Origin: Chloroflexota bacterium | Lineage (GTDB): Bacteria; Chloroflexota; Anaerolineae; Aggregatilineales; J027 | Direction of reading: 5' to 3' | DNA length: 64,000 nt | Assembly: GCA_003697365.1 (NCBI GenBank) | Contig: RFGP01000037.1 | Coordinates: 39,107-103,106 of the forward strand | Part shown: in pieces, positions 56,286-64,000 of the stretch | Layout of the letters: the number at the start of each line of letters is the position of its first letter | Position numbering within the stretch: position 1 is the first letter of the stretch | Notes under the pieces: model-generated | Seen by the model: only the letters and a program-made list of their open reading frames with translations | Databases searched by the model: none | Told to the model about the DNA's origin: nothing | Made by a program: the position numbers and the translations under genes

Positions 56286-57206
56286 ATGTCAAATCAGCAT
56301 GGTTATAATGGAAATAGCAACGGCACCCAAACAGGCACAGAAACAGTAAAACGTGGCCTTGCGCAAATGCTCAAAGGCGGCGTAATCATGGATGTGGTAA
56401 ACGCCGAACAAGCTAAAATTGCCGAAGAAGCTGGTGCAGTTGCGGTGATGGCACTAGAGCGCGTACCTGCCGATATTCGCGCTCAAGGTGGTGTGGCACG
56501 GATGTCCGATCCAGAATTGATCCTAGAGATTATGGATGCTGTCACCATTCCCGTTATGGCTAAGGTACGTATTGGGCATTTTGTTGAAGCCCAAATTTTA
56601 GAAGCAATTGGCATTGACTATATTGATGAAAGTGAAGTTTTAACCCCTGCGGACGAAGATTATCATATCAACAAACATGCCTTCAAAGTGCCGTTTGTGT
56701 GCGGCTGCCGCAATTTAGGTGAGGCTTTACGGCGTATTGGTGAAGGCGCAGCGATGATCCGCACCAAAGGCGAAGCTGGAACAGGCGATGTGGTTGAAGC
56801 AGTTCGTCACGCCCGCGCTGTGCTAGGTGAAATTCGTCGTCTGCAAAACATGCCAGCAGAAGAACTTATGACCTACGCTAAAAATATTGGGGCTCCCTAT
56901 CACCTAGTACAAGAAGTCGCTGCTACGGGTAAGTTACCTGTTGTCAACTTTGCAGCAGGCGGCATTGCCACGCCTGCGGACGCAGCGCTTATGATGCAAT
57001 TAGGTGTAGATGGTGTCTTTGTGGGCAGCGGCATTTTCAAAAGCGGTGATCCTGCACGCCGCGCACGTGCTATTGTAGAAGCCACCACACACTATAATGA
57101 TCCTGCTATCTTAGCTGAAGTAAGTAAAGGGTTAGGCGAGCCAATGGTCGGGATTAACGTAAGCACCATGTCTGACTCTGAGCGCATTGCTCATCGTGGA
57201 TGGTAA
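56286..57206 (+). CDS. pdxS: Pyridoxal 5'-phosphate synthase, lyase subunit PdxS
   Basis: [35 protein letters not shown] and a full-length PdxS-like sequence. Confidence 0.95.
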   Translation: MSNQHGYNGNSNGTQTGTETVKRGLAQMLKGGVIMDVVNAEQAKIAEEAGAVAVMALERVPADIRAQGGVARMSDPELILEIMDAVTIPVMAKVRIGHFVEAQILEAIGIDYIDESEVLTPADEDYHINKHAFKVPFVCGCRNLGEALRRIGEGAAMIRTKGEAGTGDVVEAVRHARAVLGEIRRLQNMPAEELMTYAKNIGAPYHLVQEVAATGKLPVVNFAAGGIATPADAALMMQLGVDGVFVGSGIFKSGDPARRARAIVEATTHYNDPAILAEVSKGLGEPMVGINVSTMSDSERIAHRGW

Positions 57207-57225
57207 GTTCAGAAAGCGATTTGTT

Positions 57226-57807
57226 ATGAAAGTCGGCGTATTAGCGCTACAAGGTGATTTCTTAGAACACGAAAAAATGCTCAATGCCGTTGGTGCAGAA
57301 GCGGTTGAAGTTCGCCTTCCTGAACATCTCAACGGTCTGGAAGCACTGATCATCCCCGGCGGAGAAAGCACCACCATTGGCAAACTAGCAAGCAAGTATC
57401 GACTGGTTGAGCCCTTGCGCGAATTTGCCACACAAAAACCTGTCTGGGGCACGTGTGCAGGTATGATCTTTCTCGCAAAAGATATTGGGCGCGAGCAACC
57501 CCTGCTTGGGCTCATGGATATAAAAGTAAACCGCAATGCTTTTGGCCGCCAAATCAACAGTTTTGAAGCTGACTTGGATATTCAAGGCATTGAGGGTGGC
57601 CCTTTTCATGCTGTCTTCATCCGAGCCCCACTCGTCACACAGGTTGATGCAAATGCTGGCGTTGAAGTTTTGGCAAGATTAGATGATGGCGGTATTGTGG
57701 CTGTACGACAAGGACATTTATTAGCAACAGCTTTCCACCCAGAGCTCACTAGTGATACGCGCTTGCATGAGTATTTCTTAAAACTTGCGACTTTATCAGT
57801 ACGGTAA
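57226..57807 (+). CDS. pdxT: Pyridoxal 5'-phosphate synthase, glutaminase subunit PdxT
   Basis: Starts MKVGVLALQGDF, with GTCAG (catalytic Cys) and FHPE motifs. I chose the ATG at 57226 over the track start at 57187, which overlaps pdxS. Confidence 0.95.
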   Translation: MKVGVLALQGDFLEHEKMLNAVGAEAVEVRLPEHLNGLEALIIPGGESTTIGKLASKYRLVEPLREFATQKPVWGTCAGMIFLAKDIGREQPLLGLMDIKVNRNAFGRQINSFEADLDIQGIEGGPFHAVFIRAPLVTQVDANAGVEVLARLDDGGIVAVRQGHLLATAFHPELTSDTRLHEYFLKLATLSVR

Positions 57808-57843
57808 CCAGAACAAACATGGTTATGGCCTAGCACCTTGACG

Positions 57844-57870
57844 AACCTAGCTATAGAGGCTAGGTTTTTT
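57844..57870 (+). terminator. Rho-independent terminator after pdxT
   Basis: AACCTAGC (57844-57851), loop TATAGAG, GCTAGGTT (57859-57866), followed by TTTTTTG. Confidence 0.75.
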
Positions 57871-57984
57871 GTTAGTTCTTTTAACTTATGAAGCATTTTA
57901 AAATGCATTTGTGAAATACTATACAAAATATACGAACCATACCGTATAGCTTCATGTTAAAATGCGGCGAAAAGGAAAAATACC

Positions 57985-59049
57985 ATGATCAACTTAGATG
58001 ATTTTTCAGCAATGCAAGCCATAGACAGCGATCATATGTTAACCCATATTGATCGTCTGCCGTCTCAATTTGAGCGCGCGTGGCAACACGCCAAAATTCA
58101 ACCCCTGCCTGATCTCAGTCAAATTCGTCAAGTTGTCATCAGTGGTATGGGGGGGTCAGCAATTGGTGGCGATTTATTGGCGGCTATTGTTGCTGATAGT
58201 GCTCCTATTCCTATTACTGTTATTCGTGGTTATACACTACCCGCGTGGGTACAAGGATCACACACACTATTTATAGCCTCTAGCTTTTCCGGCAATACAG
58301 AAGAAACACTGAGCGCTTATCAACAAGCTAACACGCGCGGCGTAGAAGTCATTGGTATCACAACAGGTGGTAAGTTAGCACAAGAACTCGCAAACAATCA
58401 ACAAACAGTATGGTTGTTTCCGGATGAAATAGGTCACCCACGCGCAGCACTTGGATGGTCACTAGGGTTATTACTAGGGTTAGCATGGCGTGCAGGTTGG
58501 GCCCCCTACCTTAAAACAGACTATCCCAAAGCCGTTGCCCATCTCAAAGAAATACAACCTCAATACCAAGCTGAAACACCTATTGCTCGTAATGCAGCTA
58601 AGCGTCTTGCAGGACAGCTTATTGATCGCTTACCCATTTTTGTGGGCGGAGGCGCTTTTGAAGTTGTCGCAAAACGCTGGAAAACTCAGCTTAATGAAAA
58701 CAGCAATACGTGGGGTTGCTATGAACCTATGCCCGAAATGAATCATAACGCAGTTGTTGGGGTTGAGCAGCCCGAAAAACTCATTAGTAAACTCGCAGCA
58801 CTATTTATCACATCAAACCTTGACCACCCGCGTGTTCAACTGCGTCACAAATTGACATCTGAGCAATTCATGCAAGCTGGACTATGGGTGGATAGTTTCA
58901 CGCCTAGTGGGGAGAGCTTACTGTCACAAGTATTACACGCCATCTTATTTGGAGATTATCTGAGCTTTTATGTAGCAATGGCCTATCAAGTTGACCCAGC
59001 CATTATTGCTCCTATCAAAGCTCTAAAAGAAGCCCTTAGTCAACAATAA
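57985..59049 (+). CDS. Bifunctional phosphoglucose/phosphomannose isomerase family (SIS domain)
   Basis: GMGGSAIGGD, SFSGNTEE and a C-terminal PEMNHNAVVG block typical of the PGI/PMI family. An extended -10 (TGTTAAAAT) lies at 57955-57963. Confidence 0.75.
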   Translation: MINLDDFSAMQAIDSDHMLTHIDRLPSQFERAWQHAKIQPLPDLSQIRQVVISGMGGSAIGGDLLAAIVADSAPIPITVIRGYTLPAWVQGSHTLFIASSFSGNTEETLSAYQQANTRGVEVIGITTGGKLAQELANNQQTVWLFPDEIGHPRAALGWSLGLLLGLAWRAGWAPYLKTDYPKAVAHLKEIQPQYQAETPIARNAAKRLAGQLIDRLPIFVGGGAFEVVAKRWKTQLNENSNTWGCYEPMPEMNHNAVVGVEQPEKLISKLAALFITSNLDHPRVQLRHKLTSEQFMQAGLWVDSFTPSGESLLSQVLHAILFGDYLSFYVAMAYQVDPAIIAPIKALKEALSQQ

Positions 59050-59070
59050 TTTTTTTAGGAGTAAGACAAC

Positions 59071-60168
59071 ATGTCTGAAAATGTAAAAGCTGATCATGTC
59101 CGCTTGTTTATACCGGGCCCCGTTGAGGTGCGTCGAGAGATTTTAGAAGCGCAAGCCCAATGGATGATTGGTCATCGTTCAAAGGCTTTTGCTGATTTAT
59201 TTGCTCGGCTTCAGCCCAAGCTAAAACAAACCTTCCGTACTGAAAACCGCGTCTATATCTTCACTTCATCTGGAACGGGAGTATGGGAAGCAGCATCTCG
59301 CAACTTAGTTCGAGAAGGCAAAAAGATTCTTCACCTTGTCTGTGGGGCATTTTCTCAACGTTGGGCAGAAGTCAGCCGCCTAAACGGAAAAGAAGTTGAT
59401 GTCATCGAGGTAGAATGGGGACACGCCATTACAGCTGACCAATTAGCAGATGCGCTTGCTCAGAATACTTATGACGCAGTGGCTTGTGTCTATAATGAAA
59501 CGAGCACAGGCGTTTTAAATCCTATTGGCGAATATGGAGAAGTTTTGCGTAATTACCCTGAAACGCTCTTTTTAGTGGATAGTGTTAGCGCCTATGCGGG
59601 TGCCCCAATGCATATTGACCAGTGGGGCGTTGATTTGTGCCTTACAAGCACACAGAAAGCATTCGCACTTCCGCCCGGCATGGCTTTTGCCACAATCTCG
59701 GAAGCGGTACTCCAAAGAGCAGCAGAAGTTCCCTATCGAGGCTACTACTTCGATCTACTTGAAATGGAAAAGTATTATCAGAAGAACAACACTCCTGCGA
59801 CCCCGCCAATTGCTTTAATGTTCGCAGCTGATAAACAACTTGATGACATTTTAGCTGAAGGGCTTGAAGCACGTGAAGCACGACACCAACAAATGGCAGC
59901 ACGCACACGTGAATGGAGTTTAGCGAATGGCTTTAAATTGTTCCCTCAAGAAGGCTATGAATCGCCAACGTTAACTGTTATCGAAAATACACGTGGCATT
60001 GATGTAAAAGATTTGAATACCTTCTTACGGGCACGTGGCATGGAAGTTGCTAATGGCTATGGCAAGATCAAGGATAAAACTATCCGTATTGCCCATATGG
60101 GTGATTGTTTGCCAGAGCATCTTGAGACTTTATTCGCTGCACTTGAAGAATATCTTGCTCAACACTAA
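59071..60168 (+). CDS. Class V aminotransferase (AGXT / serine-pyruvate or phosphoserine aminotransferase type)
   Basis: 365 aa with the PLP-lysine motif TSTQKAF and an overall AGXT-family sequence. Confidence 0.8.
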   Translation: MSENVKADHVRLFIPGPVEVRREILEAQAQWMIGHRSKAFADLFARLQPKLKQTFRTENRVYIFTSSGTGVWEAASRNLVREGKKILHLVCGAFSQRWAEVSRLNGKEVDVIEVEWGHAITADQLADALAQNTYDAVACVYNETSTGVLNPIGEYGEVLRNYPETLFLVDSVSAYAGAPMHIDQWGVDLCLTSTQKAFALPPGMAFATISEAVLQRAAEVPYRGYYFDLLEMEKYYQKNNTPATPPIALMFAADKQLDDILAEGLEAREARHQQMAARTREWSLANGFKLFPQEGYESPTLTVIENTRGIDVKDLNTFLRARGMEVANGYGKIKDKTIRIAHMGDCLPEHLETLFAALEEYLAQH

Positions 60169-60179
60169 GGGATTAAAAC

Positions 60180-61142
60180 ATGCCACAAGTATTAATTCCA
60201 GATAATTTAGATAATGATGGGCTCGCACTGCTCGCAAAAGTAGATGGGCTAACCTACTATGCACCGGGCAAAATGTCTCGTGATGAGGTTATCACAGCAA
60301 TTGCCGATGCCGATGCGATGATCGTAAGAAGTGGTACAAAATGCGATGCTGAACTGCTGAGTTATGCTGAAAAGCTAAAAGTGATTGTTCGCGCTGGTGT
60401 AGGTGTAGACAATATTGACCTAGAAGCAGCCACAGCAAAAGGTATCGTAGTAATGAATACGCCCGGCGGCAATACCATTGCAACGGCAGAGTTGACCATC
60501 GGGCTTATGCTGGCACTTGCACGGCATATTCCTCAGGCTCAAGCATCATTGCGAAGTGGAAAATGGGAACGAAAGAAATTCACGGGCACTGAGCTTTATC
60601 GTAAAACGCTAGGGCTTATAGGCTTTGGACGTATAGGACAAGCGGTTGCAAAACGTGCCCAAGCCTTTGAAATGACTGTAATCGCCCATGATCCATATGC
60701 TAACACTGCTATAGCTGAGCAAATGGGTGTGCCGCTACTTAGCTTAGATGAAGTTTTTGCTGGTGCAGACTATATCAGCTTACATGCTTTAGTAACTTCA
60801 GAGACGAAAAACCTCATTTGCGCTGAAAATATCGCTAAAATGAGGGACGGCGTTCGCATCATCAATGCAGCGCGCGGAGCTCTGATCAATGAGTACGATC
60901 TAGCAGAAGCCATCAAAAGCGGAAAAGTCGCTGGGGCAGCTGTTGATGTATACACTGAAGAACCCCCACCGCCTAACCATCCTCTTATAGGTTTAGAAAA
61001 TGTAGTTGACACCCCACACTTAGGGGCGAGCACAGCTGAGGCACAAATTGCGGTCGCTGTTGAAGCGGCTGAAAAAGTCATCGCTGCGCTTACAAAAGGA
61101 ACATACCAAGACGTATGTAACCCTGAAGTTCTTAAGCAATAG
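60180..61142 (+). CDS. D-isomer-specific 2-hydroxyacid dehydrogenase (short SerA-like 3-phosphoglycerate or hydroxypyruvate reductase type, no ACT domain)
   Basis: NAD motif GLIGFGRIGQAVA, catalytic region RIINAARG ... TPHLGAST. Only 320 aa. Confidence 0.8.
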   Translation: MPQVLIPDNLDNDGLALLAKVDGLTYYAPGKMSRDEVITAIADADAMIVRSGTKCDAELLSYAEKLKVIVRAGVGVDNIDLEAATAKGIVVMNTPGGNTIATAELTIGLMLALARHIPQAQASLRSGKWERKKFTGTELYRKTLGLIGFGRIGQAVAKRAQAFEMTVIAHDPYANTAIAEQMGVPLLSLDEVFAGADYISLHALVTSETKNLICAENIAKMRDGVRIINAARGALINEYDLAEAIKSGKVAGAAVDVYTEEPPPPNHPLIGLENVVDTPHLGASTAEAQIAVAVEAAEKVIAALTKGTYQDVCNPEVLKQ

Positions 61143-61151
61143 GTATTAATG

Positions 61152-61189
61152 TACAACGCTTCTTCTTCAGATTTTGAAGAAGCGTTGTA
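61152..61189. terminator. Perfect 14-bp hairpin between convergent genes (terminator-like, no U-tract)
   Basis: TACAACGCTTCTTC (61152-61165) pairs perfectly with GAAGAAGCGTTGTA (61176-61189), with a 10-nt loop. Confidence 0.5.
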
Positions 61190-61190
61190 T

Positions 61191-61946
61191 CTAGGTAATA
61201 CGTCTTAATTGACGTTGAAAAGCCACGCGCATCACTAACTTACCAAGACGTAGCTCATCCCCATCGCGTAAAACTCGCACTTCTTGAGGATATACACGCT
61301 CACCATTCAGATATGTAAAATTTGAGCTTCCCATATCTGAAATTGTGATGTTATTTTCATGACGCTTGAGGGTGAGATGTACTCGTGAAACACCGAGTTT
61401 TTGAGCATCATAGTTCACTAAATCTATATCGGGCTCAATGACACTATCTTGAGCTGTGCGCCCAATAATTAATTCTTGAGATTCGCCTAAATCTACGTGA
61501 ATAGGAGCATGTTCAAATCCGCGCACTGTAAACACAAGGCTTGAGAGCTTACCAAAAGTAGCCGCGCTGCTCTCTTCTTCCCCTTCATCATATAATTGTT
61601 GTGTCCCCAAACGAGTTAGTAGCGTGCCACAAGAATAGCAATAATTCGCTTCACTATGATTAACTGTTCCACACTGTGGGCATTGAATTTCATCCGACAT
61701 ATCTACATTGCCTTCACGCTCAAATATTGGGAATGAAACTCGTGCATCAGGATCGGGAGGATAACGATGGCCTTCTCGTTTTTCCCACACGCGAATTCTG
61801 AGGCTTAATTCGTTGCGCACTTCGGGTGAAATATGAGGGTAGTGTTGGCGCAGCAGCTGGATAGCATAATCAGGGGTTGCCCCCTGTCGTCGCATAAAGA
61901 CGAAAGCCTCGAACAATTCTTCTAGAAAATATTGTTGTTCTGCCAT
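61191..61946 (-). CDS. Zinc-ribbon + FHA domain protein
   Basis: Zinc ribbon CPQCGTVNHSEANYCYSCG, then a C-terminal FHA domain (IIGR...GVSRVHL...SSNFTYLNGERV). Confidence 0.8.
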   Translation of the reverse strand: MAEQQYFLEELFEAFVFMRRQGATPDYAIQLLRQHYPHISPEVRNELSLRIRVWEKREGHRYPPDPDARVSFPIFEREGNVDMSDEIQCPQCGTVNHSEANYCYSCGTLLTRLGTQQLYDEGEEESSAATFGKLSSLVFTVRGFEHAPIHVDLGESQELIIGRTAQDSVIEPDIDLVNYDAQKLGVSRVHLTLKRHENNITISDMGSSNFTYLNGERVYPQEVRVLRDGDELRLGKLVMRVAFQRQLRRIT

Positions 61947-62045
61947 GCCTTAATTCTCTCTAAAAATTAATTTTCTTCAAAAAATTATAGCCTAAATACA
62001 ATATTCTACTAGTGAAGTACTAGCCCACATGATAATCTATCATAT

Positions 62046-62141
62046 GGAGATGCATCGTTCCCGGTGGAACGCTCGATCTTCAAAATCGATGGCAGGCTGC
62101 ACAGCGCAGGCTGCGGTGGGTTCGACTCCCATGCATCTCCG
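62046..62141 (+). tRNA. selC: tRNA-Sec (anticodon UCA)
   Basis: 96 nt. 8-bp acceptor stem GGAGATGC/GCATCTCC, 6-bp D stem CGTTCC/GGAACG with a 4-nt loop, and a 5-bp anticodon stem TCGAT/ATCGA with loop CTTCAAA. The variable arm is 9 bp (one G-G mismatch). The T arm is TGGG-TTCGACT-CCCA plus a G-U pair, giving the bacterial 8/5 architecture. Discriminator is G and CCA is not encoded. Confidence 0.9.
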
Positions 62142-62153
62142 TGAATTTAGCTT

Positions 62154-63071
62154 TCAGTCCGCATTAATTGGTGACTTGAAATTATAAATTCCATCCTCAA
62201 TAGCCCAGTCAGTGTCACAATGATTACAATGGAGTTTATGAGAATCTTCTAGCCAATCTGTCGCTCCGCATTGTGGGCACTTAAATAATGGGCCGTCAAA
62301 ATTTGCAGCGGGTGTAGTGCTTTGCACAACATTGCGCGTAAAAACACTGGGAGAAAATGCCCCCCAAGCCCCTGTATGTTGCAAAATTGCGTCTACCTTA
62401 ACTAACCAGTCAGTTGGAATGGCGCGCTTTAGCAACCCCACACGTAAATAAGACAAAGCTAAAACACGTGTGATCTCAAAGTCTAAGGAAGAAAGCACAT
62501 CATACACATATTGCGGATGAAAATTAAAATTAAGTTCTACAAATTCTAGTGGAGTTCGATCAAAAGGACTATTCGCTTGGCGACGAACCAAATGACGTAA
62601 GATCGCCTTTACATTACGCTTATTGGCAAATTCTAGGATAAAAACTGCCTGAGGTGCTAAAGAACGCCGCACTTGTGCCAAAGCCGCAGGAGCATCTGCC
62701 ATATGATGCAATACACGAATCATCGTCGCAGCATCACAAACACCATCATTAATAGGTGATTGATATAAGTTCGCGGCAACATATACATAACGATCAGATT
62801 TACCTAGCCGTTGTTGGGCTTCGCGCAATAAAGTTGAGGAATAGTCCAACAAAATGACTTGGTCATATCCCTTGAATTCGTTTGTTAGCCTACCAAAGCC
62901 GGCTCCAACTTCTAATAAGCGTCTCCCCTGTGGCGGTAACAAACGGCGCAAAGCGACTCGCTCAGTACGATCTTCATAATCACGGCCTTGGCCTTCCCAA
63001 AACTCGGTGCGATAGCCAGAGCCTTCATAACTACAAACTTTAGGCGAAGAAGGACTTGGTGTTTCTGTCAT
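62154..63071 (-). CDS. Class I SAM-dependent methyltransferase with C-terminal zinc-ribbon (Trm112-like) tail
   Basis: Motif I LEVGAGFGRL, plus a C-terminal CPQCG...CNHCD. ATGA overlap with the upstream gene at 63068-63071. Confidence 0.75.
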   Translation of the reverse strand: MTETPSPSSPKVCSYEGSGYRTEFWEGQGRDYEDRTERVALRRLLPPQGRRLLEVGAGFGRLTNEFKGYDQVILLDYSSTLLREAQQRLGKSDRYVYVAANLYQSPINDGVCDAATMIRVLHHMADAPAALAQVRRSLAPQAVFILEFANKRNVKAILRHLVRRQANSPFDRTPLEFVELNFNFHPQYVYDVLSSLDFEITRVLALSYLRVGLLKRAIPTDWLVKVDAILQHTGAWGAFSPSVFTRNVVQSTTPAANFDGPLFKCPQCGATDWLEDSHKLHCNHCDTDWAIEDGIYNFKSPINAD

Positions 63072-63892
63072 GGTGCACTTTCCGTTGATGGTGTTTGTGT
63101 TGGCAACACATAAGGTGTCACAGTTGGCGTTGGCACTACTGTTGCTCTTTCAGGTGCCATAGGGGTAGCTTCAGTTGGTACAGTATTATCAGCAGGCACA
63201 ATATCTTCAGATGCGGCATCATCTTCAACAGGTTGTGGCAAGCGAGTAAATCCATCTGGTGGCCATGGGTTGCGGCTTCCTTCAGTCTCTTGTACCAAGT
63301 TAACCTCACCATTTAGCGCATCAAAAGCAAATTCAGGAACTTCATCCCAACTACTAGGTAAGTTGTCCAGAATCTTGACATATGGCTCAAATAGATTACG
63401 TAAATTCGTAAACGGCACTGAAAGCTGTGTGTCCTTCAGAGCAATATCCACAGGAACATTGAGCACTACGGGAATTTGCTGCTCAACAGGAACAAGTAAA
63501 GTGAGGTCAATGGTTAATGGTGTACCCGCGGGGAGCGTAATATCTACCGTTCCAGAGATTGAGCCACCGCCACCCGTAATCTCAAACTGTGCTGGGACAT
63601 TATTAATTGTTGCTGGCTCTGCTAAAGTTACAACTGTGCGATCTTGTACAGTTAAATCAAAATCAATGGGTATTTCATCATCCACAACGACAGTTGTTTC
63701 AATTTCGGCTTCATTCAAGCCCACAAAATTACGATGTAGTCCATCTATCAATGGCTCTGCGATACCATTCTTAATGTCGAAAATCAAATATACAACAAAT
63801 AACAAGATAATAATCAGAACAAAATTCATAATAAACGAAAAAATAATGGCAAAATTGCGAAACGCCAACCAAAGCTCTCGTATACGTTGCAT
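63068..63892 (-). CDS. Hypothetical single-pass membrane protein with a Pro/Thr-rich tail
   Basis: 274 aa with an N-terminal TM helix (FAIIFSFIMNFVLIIILLFVVYLIF) and a beta-rich ectodomain. The antisense ORF 63270..63944 is Ser/Thr-rich and judged spurious. Confidence 0.5.
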   Translation of the reverse strand: MQRIRELWLAFRNFAIIFSFIMNFVLIIILLFVVYLIFDIKNGIAEPLIDGLHRNFVGLNEAEIETTVVVDDEIPIDFDLTVQDRTVVTLAEPATINNVPAQFEITGGGGSISGTVDITLPAGTPLTIDLTLLVPVEQQIPVVLNVPVDIALKDTQLSVPFTNLRNLFEPYVKILDNLPSSWDEVPEFAFDALNGEVNLVQETEGSRNPWPPDGFTRLPQPVEDDAASEDIVPADNTVPTEATPMAPERATVVPTPTVTPYVLPTQTPSTESAP

Positions 63893-64000
63893 TGTTGAAG
63901 CCCCCTTAGGTTCAAATCAAAACTGGCCACAATCGCGATCATAACGTAGCCATGAAAATTGGGCAAAAGCATTCTAGGTAATTAGGTCTCAAAACATTAA

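Noticed and set aside
63270-63944. 224-aa plus-strand ORF overlapping the 63068..63892 gene.
   Set aside because: It is Ser/Thr/Cys-rich with no domain-like features. The minus-strand frame encodes a clean TM helix plus ectodomain and is ATGA-coupled to the downstream methyltransferase.
62142-64000. Genomic island integrated at tRNA-Sec.
   Set aside because: There is no integrase, no direct repeat of the tRNA 3' end and no mobile-element genes downstream within the window.
1-64000. Scan for rRNA genes, CRISPR arrays, transposases/IS ends, prophage genes and toxin-antitoxin pairs.
   Set aside because: None were recognised. Intergenic regions are all shorter than about 330 nt and are explained by promoters, leaders and terminators.

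Overview
This is a gene-dense 64-kb chromosomal segment with about 56 protein genes and one tRNA. I recognised no rRNA, CRISPR array, transposase, integrase or phage gene. Composition looks AT-leaning by eye but was not computed. Housekeeping genes are scattered through the window: rplJ-rplL (consensus promoter plus long leader), rpmE, rplU-rpmA, tdk, a primary-type sigma-70, gmk, aspS, pdxS-pdxT, recD2, a class A PBP, a PGI/PMI - class V aminotransferase - 2-hydroxyacid dehydrogenase trio, and a textbook tRNA-Sec (selC). Between them sit envelope and signalling modules. These include a YceI-like/PP2C/PBP1A operon and a sigma-70/LiaF-like/2x CheY operon. There is also a five-gene M28-like/ABC/GldG-like/DUF4340-like operon next to a VIT-vWA protein, and a tandemly duplicated BMP-family lipoprotein. 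The best candidate for an undescribed system is the 12.6-kb block at 31143-43740. It holds six large GT-C-like polytopic membrane proteins plus one polyprenyl-phosphate glycosyl-1-P transferase in two tightly coupled operons, with no cytoplasmic glycosyltransferase, flippase, polymerase or exporter. The second candidate is a membrane-anchored STAND/NACHT-like NTPase with a glycine-zipper N-terminus and HEAT repeats (44595-47225). It is flanked by a COG1579 zinc-ribbon protein and two small membrane proteins, and could be an NLR-like defence module. Unusual fusions are a ribosomal protein L31 with a helix-hairpin-helix tail, a guanylate kinase with a degenerate Nudix-like tail, and a tandem Nudix protein. 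The gene content suggests a monoderm Chloroflexota-type (Anaerolineae-like) bacterium, but that is low-confidence inference. All family assignments come from motif recognition by eye; no database search was run.
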